A stretch of DNA of 62,642 nucleotides, counting the filler, from Sphacelaria rigidula (lineage: Eukaryota): NCBI GenBank assembly GCA_964200075.2. It is 6 parts of 6 records of this genome, joined end to end, with 100 filler letters (N's around TTAATTAATTAA, not from the genome) between each part and the next. Parts side by side here need not be neighbours in the genome. Positions count along the whole stretch, not along the records: positions 41,831 to 52,186 come from CAXNAA020006663.1; positions 52,287 to 62,642 come from CAXNAA020006664.1; 4 more parts are not named here. The stretch is one strand, 5' to 3'. The notes under the pieces are model-generated. The model was given only the letters and a program-made list of their open reading frames with translations, was not told the DNA's origin and ran no database searches. Position 1 is the first letter of the stretch; each line of letters opens with the position of its first letter. Position numbers and translations under genes: made by a program. Shown in pieces: positions 44,901 to 56,549 of this stretch.

Positions 44901-47102
44901 TGTTCGACTTGCACTGCACCGGCGACACACCAGCTTACATCGATGAGCTGTATCTGCAACTCGACAACTGTGTGGGGGAGAATAAGAATCATATCGTGCT
45001 GGTATACCTCGGATGTCTTGTGGCCCGTGGGACAATCGGCCGCGTGGAGATTAATTTTATGATGGTGGGACATACCCACATCATGATAGACCAGGTCTTT
45101 TCGAGGTGCGTCAGAATTATCCTTGCAGACAACAGTGACGAGTGGAGGAAATCATGTAGCTGTGTGTCACGGGAAAAAATGGTCGTTCCTTACACGAACC
45201 GTAGTGAATCCAACCAAGACGGTGATTTTATCCAGTACACGAACGGACCCACCCATCAGAAGACCTGGTGATGGTTACATGATCTACCCGCGACCCCGCT
45301 GTTCCTCCCCGTGACCACGTCAAACTATATTGTAATTTATCCGCGAATACGATGGGGGACAAGGAGACACCATCCCCACCGCACTGGGAGGGAAACACGA
45401 AATCATTCGCCTTCTACTGTAATACTGCAGGCGTGACACCGCACCCATCACTCAATACTCCAGCCATATTTTGGTATATTTTTTTCGTTCGTGTTATCGT
45501 ATTTGTTTCAGACGAGATCTCTCACTGCACGAATACCTCCGCTCTTGTTGACACGGGTCGCACAAGTCATGCGTTGCCTTCACAGACGCGGTGGGCAAAA
45601 CCCTAAGAGCAGATGAAAGACCGCCTCCGCCAACGATATTCCACGCCGACACGGTGTCCAGGTGTATGCGCTTTCGAAGCGCCGTAGGTGATCTGGACGT
45701 GAATCCACGATGATCCACAGCACACGTGCTTACGCTCCTAACTACCATAATAGCAGGGGTCGAACAAACCGGCCTGATTTCGTACTGGCATATTCAGGGA
45801 TGTGTTTTATGCGTACATCGAGGTGGCAATGACAAGAAATCTAGATGTATATAGGAAGAACCGACGAAAAAAGCATTGGAATTTTTTACCAGGATTTCCA
45901 TTCACTGCAAGGGAGTTTGCCTGTTCACGAGAATGCAGCAGGCTGAAGCTTTTCGCAACGCATACAAGGCACTGGAGGTGTTCACCACCACTCTTTGCTC
46001 CCTTGGCAACTTCTAAGGAGCTGTCGGTGAAGGTGGCCGTGTGCTGCCCATTCGTGGCGTGACTCAGCCCCGTTCATTCAAAATCCGCCCAGCGGGGACG
46101 GAGCAGGTGACCGTCGGCATGAAGAAGCACATGCATGCTACAGTCTTCACGGGAATGACGGCCGCCGGGATCTACGAGGGAGCCCCTCACCCGCTCTTCC
46201 GCATGGGTGTTCCAGATCTGGAGTGTGCACCTCCATTCGACCTGAAGGAGGTGGATGCCGCACAGCGAGATAACATACTGGCTCGCTACAACGCCGTCCA
46301 CAGTCGGCTAGCTGCCCTCTACCCCCTCCGTGCGTTGCACCCCCAAGCACCCCAAGTGGTGACACTGTATCCTGATCGCTGTGCACTCTATTTATTTTGT
46401 TTTCGCTGCGGACGGCGGGTCCAAGTTTCTCACCCTCATTTCTCATATCATTTTCCCCACCGCAGAAGCGCATCCGAGCCCTGAATACCTCAGATGCACT
46501 GCCTCTACCCTCCCGTGCGACGCGCAGATTTCGACAAACAGCGGGCCATCAAGGACGACATGGCGACGTCCCACCGACTTCTGGCCGCGAAAGGCTCATT
46601 AGCGTGGAACCTTCCGTGTCATTGGTTCAAGCGTAATGGCGTGCGGAAAAGGTGGGGTCGATAACTTAGTGCTAGGTAGAGGGGGCGACGGAGATGGCCA
46701 TCCAGCAGGGTATGTTCCCTCGTTCGATGAGGGACATTTTGTTTTCTTTCGCAGTGACAAAGCTCCGTTTTTGATGGGTAGGGTCACGGATAAGCGCGAG
46801 GGGGCCGATGGTGAAGAAGAAGTTCAGGTGCGCTGGTGGTCGCCGGTCACCTCCGCCATTCGAAACAACGCTTCTGGCTACAACATCGGCGAGTACGGCA
46901 AAGGAAAATCACAGCAGATTACAAGACAGTGGGAAACAGTGAAGGGTGTACAATGGGCAGTAAGAGCAAGAGGCGAAAGTTAGTGCCGGACGTAGAGTGG
47001 ATGCAAGCAGAGCTGGTTGTCGCTTCGTGCGAGAAGCTAAACGTTGGTGACAGGATTCCCAAGCCAGTATTGGATACAATGGAGAAGAGGGCCAGGGGTT
47101 GA
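41942..47102 (+). pseudogene. Intron-containing Sola-like DDD transposase gene (DUF7869-type), disrupted
   Basis: Exons about 41942-42242, about 42882-43030, 44508-44596, 44856-45105, 45893-46329, about 46466-47102. Middle junctions are phase-compatible: FMKCHSC...EHMK | ...KYVSMQVDAVAQ...THGTDR | GYAERQTVMAVLVEG...IGRG | SNLVCTS...LYLQLDNCVGENKN...FMMVGHTHIMIDQVFSR | ISIHCKG. In-frame TAA at 46014-46016 and frameshifts near 42882 and 46905. Confidence 0.8.
44856..45105 (+). CDS. Catalytic-core exon of the Sola-like transposase
   Basis: TGCAG|GG...TCGAG|GTGCGT; DNCxGENKN and GHTHxxIDQxF motifs. Confidence 0.85.
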
Positions 47103-48057
47103 TGCGTAGCATTCCTGTCTTTTCCTCATCGCATCAGTCGCGGAAGATTGGGGGCTTCGACTATCGTCGTGATGTCGTGATTCAGCACGTGAGGCCTCGG
47201 GTTGCCCGGGTGGATCCCTAGGTGATCTGTTGGAGTGCGACCAGCATAATCAAGGGCCCATGCACCCGTGACGAGGTTGATCTATTTCTTGCCAAGAGTT
47301 CCTCCCACACTATCGCCCGTCGTAGGGCTGGTGTTGTGTCGAGTGGTCCATTGCAGCGGCATGTATGCTCGAACCTGGTAAAATCCGCACGGATATTAGA
47401 TATCATTGCCTTCTCTAGAACGCGTTGTCACAATATTCCATGATATCCCATTTTTATATCCTGATTTGGTATGTGCTCGTCTCCGGGATAGTGAAAAGCT
47501 ACTTCTCTCCTCATGCCCGTCAGTGACGATCAGCTTGACGCCGTATATTTTCTGCTGGATACGGGCTCGAGGCACCACAGTGAGAACATCATGGACAATC
47601 ATTCGCTCTCCCGTGGACAACTTGTTGACATGGTTCCCGCTTTTCTTCTGACCATGGTGAAGTTTGACGCCGTCCGTCGCCCGCAGCTAACCAGGAATGG
47701 GCGGCATGTGCAACCACGGACGCACTTCCTACTCCTACCCAAAATTATACATCAGCAGCGTCATGCGGTACCCTTGAGGGCTTTTTGATATTCAACAGCT
47801 AGGGTCTTCAAACCTCATTTCATTGATGAACCTCATTTTATAGAATCCCCTGTTATTCCATGTTCCCCATCAACCGTTATCTATGAACATATTTGTAGCT
47901 CTCCTCCCTTTGACCGCGAGATTAGGTAGGTCGCACCCGCTGAATCGGCATCAATATTCACTTGAAAAGAGTATGTGTCATCCAGATGGACTACCCGCAC
48001 CGTGGTCGAAGGGTTAACCGTCGTCAGGCTACATTTTAGAATGGTCGACACAACTTT

Positions 48058-48155
48058 ACAAGTATATCGCTACCCTTGACCCTAACCCTAACCCTAACCC
48101 CAACTCTAACTTTAACCCAACGCATACCGAGAACCCTTGGGCAAGCGCGGAACAT
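48058..48155 (+). repeat. Interspersed module with telomere-like (CCCTAA)3 plus degenerate hexamers
   Basis: CCCTAA at 48080, 48086, 48092, then CCCCAA, CTCTAA, CTTTAA, then GCATACCGAGAACCCTTGGGCA; same flanks as 9419-9497 on the opposite strand. Confidence 0.8.
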
Positions 48156-48399
48156 AAATTCCCTTCGCAAAGTGCAACAGTGCAGTGAAGTTTACCGGCT
48201 CCGGAGTTCGTTTCGATTTGACTGTGAACCGCGAGAATCAGATTTTTGATGGGGCTGACAAGACCGTGGTGGGGGGGAGGCTCCACCCCAGGATCCACGG
48301 ATACCAGGTAAAGGAAGCCCTCAGACCGTTCTCGAGCAGGCGAGAGCGATTCTGATTAACAAGTCGCGACTAGTTTTGCTGCAAGAGCGGGACTCCCGG

Positions 48400-50605
48400 C
48401 TTGAGCCCATCAGGCATAGATTAATGTTGGAGAAGAAGGACGAAGGTGAAGGTAAGAGGCGGGAAGCGTACGTCTCAAAATGCTGATGATCTTCTATGGT
48501 ATACCTCACCTAGGGCGCCAGGTAAGTTGGGCACCAGGTAAGTTGGCTATTACACGCAGTCTAGCGCCTGGCCTGCTCGCGTTGGTGCACACTACGCATG
48601 GGCACGCCGGAGTGGTGAAAACGACCGTGGTGGTCAACACAAGCTATGAGTGACCCGGTCTTTTCGCCGATACTCGCAAATACGTGCTGTCTTGTGGATG
48701 TCGCCGACGCAAACGTACTAATAGTCACACCATAACGGTGCGACCCGCCCGCTTCTTGCAGTTCTGGGAGAGGATGTAGATGGGCATATCGGACATAAAG
48801 CAGGCTTCTACTTGTGGTAATAAGTTCTTGTTGGTTGTTATGGATTGAGCAACCAAGTTCTCTTTGCTTTTTCACTAGCAGCCAAGGTTAGTGAGCACGT
48901 AGTTAAGGGTCTGCTGAAACTGTTCTTGACGCTCGTAACGCCCTATTTCCTTTGAAGTGACGCTGGGGGGGAGTTCACTTCGGAAGTAGTAAACCATGTA
49001 TGCCATGTTGATGAAGGTGAAACTGGATCATGATCCCGCAGATTACCCTCGCGATCAGGGCGCCCTGGAAAGATACAGAGAGTGGTTGCGTGGCGTTTTA
49101 GCCGAGCTATGTGAGCAGTGTCTGGAATGGTGGGACGAGTATGTGCATCCCGCTGTATGGATTCATCATACTACTTTCGACCAGTCACTGCCGCATACCC
49201 AACGCGATTAATGCTGCTTTTGAGTGCGAGCCTCGCACCCAAGTCGACTCTGTGTCACCTGAAGCAGAATCCCTACCGTTGAATAACACGGTAGAGCAAA
49301 AGCGACAAAATTGAAGGACGTTCATAAGCTGTTGAGCCGACGCCACCGGCGTAGGGAAGAGGTATAAGATATGATGCTAGTCAAAGAGTCATGTGCACCC
49401 AGAACAGCTGCAGCACTCATTTCCAGGCGAGGTCTGTTAGCTAGCCTGGGGGGGAAGATTTGGGGTTGGCTGAGGACATCACGCCCACACCTCTACTATA
49501 TACTCTGACGAATACGAAAGCAGTGCTGGGCCCAGGATCGTCGTGAGTGTGAGAACATCAACGGTTGTTTCACGACGGAGCTGGGCCACACTGGCTTTCA
49601 GAGGAGAGGATTTGGACAGTTTCACTGAGTCACAGTTGGATGTATTTCATGCCTTGTGGGAATTATATCAACCGCAGACCAGACCACGTCCATCTGATAC
49701 ACCATCTCGAGCAGAAAGGGGTTCAATTGCGCGGTAGATTCCCCGCTGTACCAAGATCCGCAAACAGTTTACGGACAGCCCAGAGCGGTCAACAAGATCA
49801 AGGACTTGACCGGACTGGATGGGATCGTTTCTATACGGTGTTTAAATTCCCTACGTGGTCTAACCCGGCAGAGAGATCTACAAGAGCGGGAGTTGCCGAG
49901 ACTGTTCGAGATTGTTCAGAACGGTGTTTAAATTCCCTACGTGGTCTTATTCGGCAGAACGGTTACCAAGATCGACGGCCACACGAAATCAACGCCGAAT
50001 GCTCGAGGACGAGGAACATGGCAACGCGGCGATCCATCGTTAAACCACGTTCAGCCCCAGGGTTTGTCAATCCTAGGCCTGAGGGGGGGTGTGATGGATC
50101 GCGGCAAACATGGAGGTAGGGCAGTACGATGATGGGCCCATCTAATCTGATGGAAAAGTCCCAGAGGACTGACTGCGGGAACTGGCAATGTGCCGCAGTC
50201 ACGGGGGAGGATGTTTGAGCCCGTACAAAGACGGTTACATGAACATGCCTCTTTGCATCCGACTTGAACTCGGTTCTTTCAGAATCAGTGACAGCCGGCC
50301 CCCTAGTTTTCACTCCTATGGAAGGGAGCGAAGTGACCTGAAAAATGAGATTCAAAACCACCAGTGCAAAAGAGAAATACCATCGCCTGAGGCTGTGAAC
50401 AAGACACCCTGACATTCAGGATGAGCTGTTCTTCGTTAAACTGATCATCCCTTGTGCTGGAAAACCGTTTTGCCCTACTATAAATGGAGAGCGAGTGCGT
50501 ACAAACCACTGCATACTGTACTGCACATGGGTGAATATGCCGCATGTTTTGGTTGAAGTAGGAATTTCACTTTATGCCCCCGGCTTGTGGTGATCCGTCA
50601 TCACA
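48400..50605 (+). mobile_element. Highly degenerate Ty3/Gypsy 3' end: integrase remnant, PPT and 3' LTR
   Basis: LVHTTHGHAGVVKT...YVLSCGCRRRKR, NKFLLVVMD, SDAGGEFTS, YPRDQGALER (about 48580-49200, many stops); PPT GAGGGGGGG 50081-50089; LTR follows. Confidence 0.82.
50090..50605 (+). repeat. 3' LTR, 516 bp
   Basis: TGTGATG...CATCACA 7-bp terminal inverted repeat directly after the PPT; TATAAA near 50479. Confidence 0.8.
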
Positions 50606-51918
50606 GTGCTTGAGCAGCGACCATGGTAATAATAACAATTGAGACGGTAGCAAAAATGAACTGGTGCACGGACAAGCCAGAGAGGCTACTCTACAGTCTG
50701 TTTTCAACACTGTTTAGTCATCTTTTGAGCCTTGTTTTTTCAAAATTATTCCGAAAAAACGAGTGTTTTCTGTCACAGAAGTCTAATGCCGAATCTGGAA
50801 TAGCCCGAGACAACAACCAATTTGAAAATTGGAATGAAACATTAACGTAACGTAAACATTTATTCAACGTGACATACGCTACGTTTCCCATGCGAAAACA
50901 AGTATTCGGAAGCACATCGACAGATTTGCCAAAATCATTTGCAAGCCTCGGCTCTGTAATGATAACCTAGCGCGGGCTATTGCTTTCGATTGACCAGGAG
51001 GTGACTGTTCCACGTGTCATTTTCCAACAAGCTAAATTTCACCCACACGTTGGCCCTTCGTCCATCACTCACTACCCGCCACCCAGTACTCCTCAGCGGA
51101 GCATCTTTCAAAGCAGATGGTGAGTGTGTCGTTTCGTGTAATTGTCACGAGGTTACGGTGCTGTTATGGCAAGCACAGGCTCACTGGGCAAGGCAAGGGG
51201 GTCAGTCCTCAGAACTGAACAGCCAGGCCCAAAGAACAAAGCATCGTGTCACAAGGACGTGTTCAAGTAACAAGTATCTCACGCGTAAGTTGTATCTTCC
51301 TTCTTTATTGCTTGGTCTCGACCTTCCAGTATCCTCTCAATCAATCCAATCTCACACTCAGTATATCAGTCTCACCAGTGGCAGACTTCTTGCTGAGAGA
51401 GGGCAGTAGATGATAGTGGGTGGAGTGGGGCTTGATTAGCTTTCGTGCGAATCACGCCGTCACCATCTTTACCACATACAAGCTCATACTCGTACCTGAC
51501 CAACTCTGAACAGACCTGCAGTCTTGGGCCTTAGGATCCCCCAATTGCAAATATAGAGCGACTCATCAACGGGTCTGAGGCGGCATAATAACAGACTAAT
51601 ATGCGTCTTCATGACTCTAACCCACCCAGAGGAACCTTTATTACAGCTGCGAGGATCTATCCTCAAAGCAGCGAAAACCAATGTTTTTCTTCACCCGTAA
51701 GGTCATGAGCGGCCAATAAAGCGTACCTAAGGAAACACTCCGGTACCCAACACTTCCCTACCCCCTCCCACACCTCAAAAGAAGGGAAGCATAGACTACT
51801 TCGAGGAGCAAAAAAATGCTCCGAAACGCGGAAGCACAAACTGTTTGTGCGTGCTAGCGATCAACGAAGACACACAAATTGCTTCGGCGTCCTAGCAAAA
51901 CCAAGGGGGAAAACAGGG

Positions 51919-52060
51919 AGGTACAACAGGGAGCAGAGCTCTAACCTGGGAGAATCACTGGGGGAATAAAGGTATAAAAGGGAGCAGAGCTTCAACCCAG
52001 GGAAATCCGAAGGTACAACATGGAGCAGGGCTTCAACTTGGGGGAATCCAAAGGTGCAAA
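51919..52060. repeat. Tandem repeat, about 40-50-bp unit, 3 copies
   Basis: AGGTA.AA.A.GGAGCAG.GCT..AAC...GG..AATC repeated three times. Confidence 0.75.
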
Positions 52061-52186
52061 AATTGCAAGATCAGATATCTGAAAATCGGTGATGCAACGA
52101 GATCGAGCTCCAGCCGACACTTTCTACGATAGCCCCCCCCCAAAACCAGCTAAAAGTGTCAAGAAACAAATGGCCATAAAGCGCCT

Positions 52187-52286
52187 NNNNNNNNNNNNNN
52201 NNNNNNNNNNNNNNNNNNNNNNNNNNNNNNTTAATTAATTAANNNNNNNNNNNNNNNNNNNNNNNNNNNNNNNNNNNNNNNNNNNN
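52187..52286. other. Artificial contig linker 5
   Basis: 44 N + TTAATTAATTAA + 44 N. Confidence 0.99.
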
Positions 52287-53505
52287 CTCCTAACAATTCT
52301 AACCTCAGAAATTATTTCTGTACCCCTACCGTAGCATCACTCTAAAACGACGCGAAATGATTCTGATGCTGACTACCATACACTCTTTTCTGTAGCACAA
52401 ACCAATTCGTACCCACATCAGAATGGTTATCTTTAGACTGTCGGAGTCCATTTTTTCCCTGCTTGTGTCCGGTTGTTGCATCTCACGCACTACAGTCTCG
52501 GACGTATTCCCTTTGGACCAACACGGACAAGGTGGTAAACACTTTGTCACACATAGCCTGATCTCTCCTCCTCCTGCTGCGTGGAATTCCCTACCGCATT
52601 CTTTACCAACCTTTGCAGGCACGTTGAGCAACTTGTGTTTTCCCTCATCCACACTCTTTGTTTTCGCAGGTCGTGAACTGGGCGCTGGTTTTCAGCGGTC
52701 TCTACATTGCACACGTTATTCGATGCACCGCTTCTCGGGTTTTACACTTTGCTATATATTCCCTGTCCTCATCCCTGTACCGACGATATTACGGCACATT
52801 TTCCTGCTGCCCACAGCCCGTGCGCTGCGACCCAAGTAGCTGCAGTCGTCGCTTAGCAACGTATTCTGCAAATCCGATCCAAACATTTTCGTACACAAAC
52901 TTGTTGCTTCCTCCGACTCCTTCTTCCGTTCCATGTTGTACACCATGAGCTTTCATTGTTCTCCTGCCGCTGTCCTGTGTACTGTTACTACCTCATGTTA
53001 CGGCGGATATCGGCTGTATATGTAGCAGGCGGTACGAAGTACGCGTGGCATGTGCAATAGGTCGTGTTCAATTCGCACATTACTGATGTTGTATTCCACT
53101 TTGGTTTGATCCACATCCAGTACCTCACAACGTGTAGCTACCTAGTCACTATATTTCATCTACCCAGTAGCAAAGCCCAGCAGAGAGCCATCAGCCATCT
53201 ACTTGGAGAGATCTCGCTTGCAACCAAGTCAAGACCGCTTTTCTGCACGTGAAATTAAATCTACTTTATACTTGATGCAGTGCTGTCCAAGCCGGACTCT
53301 CTGCTCGTTGTGTCTTGTGTGCAAGACATGTAGCCTGCAACCATATCTTTGGCTGGCCGCCAGTGTTCCACCACCCCCAGCCCGGTTTCTCATGACCATG
53401 GTCCGCACCAGTGTTATAAAAAGTGCGTGCGGAGGTGCGGCAGCGCAGGTGCTGGGAGTTATAATCTGCGGCTTGCCGCAGCAAATTGTTTCGGGGCGCA
53501 CTTTA

Positions 53506-53557
53506 TCGCCTCCGGCGAAAAAGACATCTGCGGCCCATTTCTTTTCGCCGGAGGCGA
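53506..53557. repeat. Perfect 16-bp inverted repeat with 20-nt loop
   Basis: TCGCCTCCGGCGAAAA / TTTTCGCCGGAGGCGA; a third partial copy TTTCGCCGGAGG near 53584. Confidence 0.8.
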
Positions 53558-53956
53558 AAAACAATTTGGGGGGTCTATTTTGGTTTCGCCGGAGGGCGGA
53601 TGAGATTTTTTTTCAGACACAGCAATCATATGCTTCCGTTTTGATCTTTCTCCCTGTTACTTGCGTTTCAATGTGAACAAAAATGATCCAAACCAACCTA
53701 AAACACGGTAAAAGCACCTAAATCCCATGTTAGAGTCTAGCGTCCGTACTGTTCGTTCTTTCTAGACCACTATTCCGCAACCTGGTGAAACGACCTCTCC
53801 TCTCGACTCAGCCACCCCCAGGTGCGATCACCGTAGTAAGTCTTCTGCTCAACATGGTACTACGCAATCAACCCCCCATGCCTCTGCAAGATATGAAGAA
53901 CACAAGACTACTGGGACTACGGTCGACTCCCCTGTGATTAACATATTTCAGCGCTA

Positions 53957-54210
53957 CGTTCCTGGTGTCGGGGGCAGAATCCAGTTCAAGACCCCTGACC
54001 TTCTCAGTTCGACGCCTTACGCTCCTTGTATCAGGGAGCGCATTCAGTCCAAGATCCCTGACATTCTCAGTTCGACGCGTTACGCTCCTAGTGTCAGGGA
54101 TCGTATCCAGTCCTAGACCCCTGACATTCTCAGTTCGACGCGTCGCGCTCCTGGTGTCAGGGATCGTATCCAGTCCAAGACCCCTGACACGTTGCGCTCC
54201 TGGTGTCAGG
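53957..54210 (+). repeat. 63-bp tandem repeat (about 4 units), each with an internal hairpin
   Basis: Units start at 53957, 54020, 54083, 54146 (partial at 54195); consensus CGCTCCTGGTGTCAGGGATCGTATCCAGTCCAAGACCCCTGACATTCTCAGTTCGACGCGTTA with TGTCAGGG/CCCTGACA stem. Confidence 0.92.
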
Positions 54211-56549
54211 AATGGTTCCACCGCGGCTATACCTTTTGAGGCACCCCGTTCTATGACACTCAGTCAGTCGAAGCGTTACGCTCCTCGTGTCGGATCTGAT
54301 CCCACGGCGATACAACCTGTGTCTACCCCAGCTGTTTCAGCTACTTCAACGCAAAGTCAGAGACGTGACGCTAAGCGTCTTGGGTCAGCGACGCCGGCAA
54401 TGCCACCGGCATTTGCCTCGTCTTCCGTACCCCAGTCCCCATGGTCGACAAGCTCGTCGCATCCCGACCCTCATGGTGATTCCACCATTACGCCAATGCC
54501 ATTGGCTACGGCTCTCGAACAATTGCTTCGTTCTTCGTCGGCTGTGGTGTCTGATGATCTGGCGACAAAACCCTCTCACACGCGCTTGCCACCGCCTTTC
54601 AGGCCGCCGTGCATTGTTGGGCTTCCTCAGATCACGTCCACTTTGAGGATCATGCCCACCACATGACCTCTGGGTCTGCGCACGCTACGACTTACGACGC
54701 TGCGCCGCGTTCGGGTCCTCACCCAGACTTGAGATATGTCCACGACCGCACCGCTCACGTAGTTCGTAATATTGACACAACCATACATGCTCACGATGTA
54801 CGTGTTTTATTGTCGGGTTTGTCATCAACCTCTGGGTCTTCGACACCGAGATCCCTTGACCAGATGGCACCGAGCTCCCTGTTGCTCGTAGACATGACTC
54901 TGTCTGATGCTCGCGATTTCAGCGTTTACCTCTGCCCAACTGACCGCGCTGTTCCACCTCGTCCGGACGCTGCCACCTTACGTGTTGTCAAAGTACAAAT
55001 CGCAGATATACAACACTATTCACAGCTAGTGACTACCATGGACAACCAGATGACCCTCCACTTCGACACCCCCTTCAGCCACCGCCACTGCCGCGGTCGC
55101 CACCGACACGGACGCTGAGTGTGCCCGCACCACTGGGCAGCTGCCTTCCACTACAGCTGCACCGACTGTTGCACCGGCCGCGGTCCCCGAACCTTAGCTA
55201 GCCACCGCCGCGCCTCGGGACACTGATTCCACGCCACCGGCAGTCGTCGCGGTTGCAACAGCCCTTGCTCCGCCTCCGACGGCGGAGATTGATGACCGCC
55301 CCCTTTTAGGCGAGGAGCACTGCCCCGCTGACCTCTTGCTACGCATCTTTTTGGCTGGGCCGCAGACTGAGCAAGACAAGCTTTTATGGGAGTATGAGGC
55401 GCTGTCAGCGCCCTCGCCCCCCGTCCCTTCGGTGCCCTCCCCTGCACAGATGGCTGATCGTGCCGCAAACGGTCTTATCCAGGAAGATATCTCAGCAAAG
55501 CTCCGTGCATAACACTCAGCGGTACATCGTGCCCGGACTCATCAAGAGGCCGCACACAAGACCTTGCAAGAACGCCAGATTGAAGCTCGCGCCTTCAGGA
55601 ACTCATTCATTGGGATAGACGCCGCCTCCGTGACTACGCGGATGCCACGGCCACGGAGGAGCAGCGTCTACGCGCTTTAGAAGCCGACGGCGAGCTTCCC
55701 CCCATTCCAACGCCGCCTTCTCTGCCGCAGCTTTCCTGAAACGGTGCACACGACCGCATTTACAGAAAGACACAGCGACCCACGTATGCTGCACCATACC
55801 CTCACGCAAGCGCTTCGGTTTCACGTTCCACACAACGGTCTGTGACTGCAGCACCGCCATCCACCGGTGCCACATCTACCGCTCTTGGGAGATTGAATCT
55901 TCACGATCCCGAGCGCTCATGGCTGTCGCTGACAATCAGCGACATTACCGAGCCGTACGAAACCCGGAACGTACCCCACTGCTCACACTCATGGGTGACC
56001 CTGACACTACCCATCAACAGCTTCGTCATCCCGTTTCTCCACCAAGGTAGAACGCTATCCAACAACGACCCCAGCATGCTCTCCTTAGGCCAGTTGCTCT
56101 TCTATCTGACCATTGGCAGCGGCCCAAATAAACTGGAATATGAGAATGCCGTTTCTGTCTTCACAGCGCTACGCGCCCCGATGAATACCGCCTCGGCCGC
56201 TGACCCCGACGATTGGATCACCCCGAGTTCGACATGCCGCCGAGATGATGACGACTTCCACGACGATGATGCGGGCGGTGCTCATCATCGCGGCGATGGT
56301 GGATCCTCCACCGATCAACGCCGCCACATCAACCCCCGCCACAACCGACGAGGAATTCGCGGCCACAACCGAAAAAGTCAAAGGGTAACTCCTCCAGCTC
56401 CCTGTCGGGCAAGGCTCGGTAACGCTCGAGTGGAACACCGGCCCCGAGACAAGGCAACTTACCCCCCGACTAGCCGATGTTTCGGGACATCATTTGGGTA
56501 ATCTGGATCTTGATAGCTCACCCTGTCCACTGTCTTCTACCTCGCCTAG

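Noticed and set aside
48080..48120. True telomere or chromosome end
   Set aside because: Only three perfect hexamers, internal to the contig, with flanks repeated elsewhere.
53957..54210. CRISPR-like array of palindromic repeats
   Set aside because: The whole 63-bp unit repeats, there are no unique spacers or cas genes, and the context is a eukaryotic retrotransposon.
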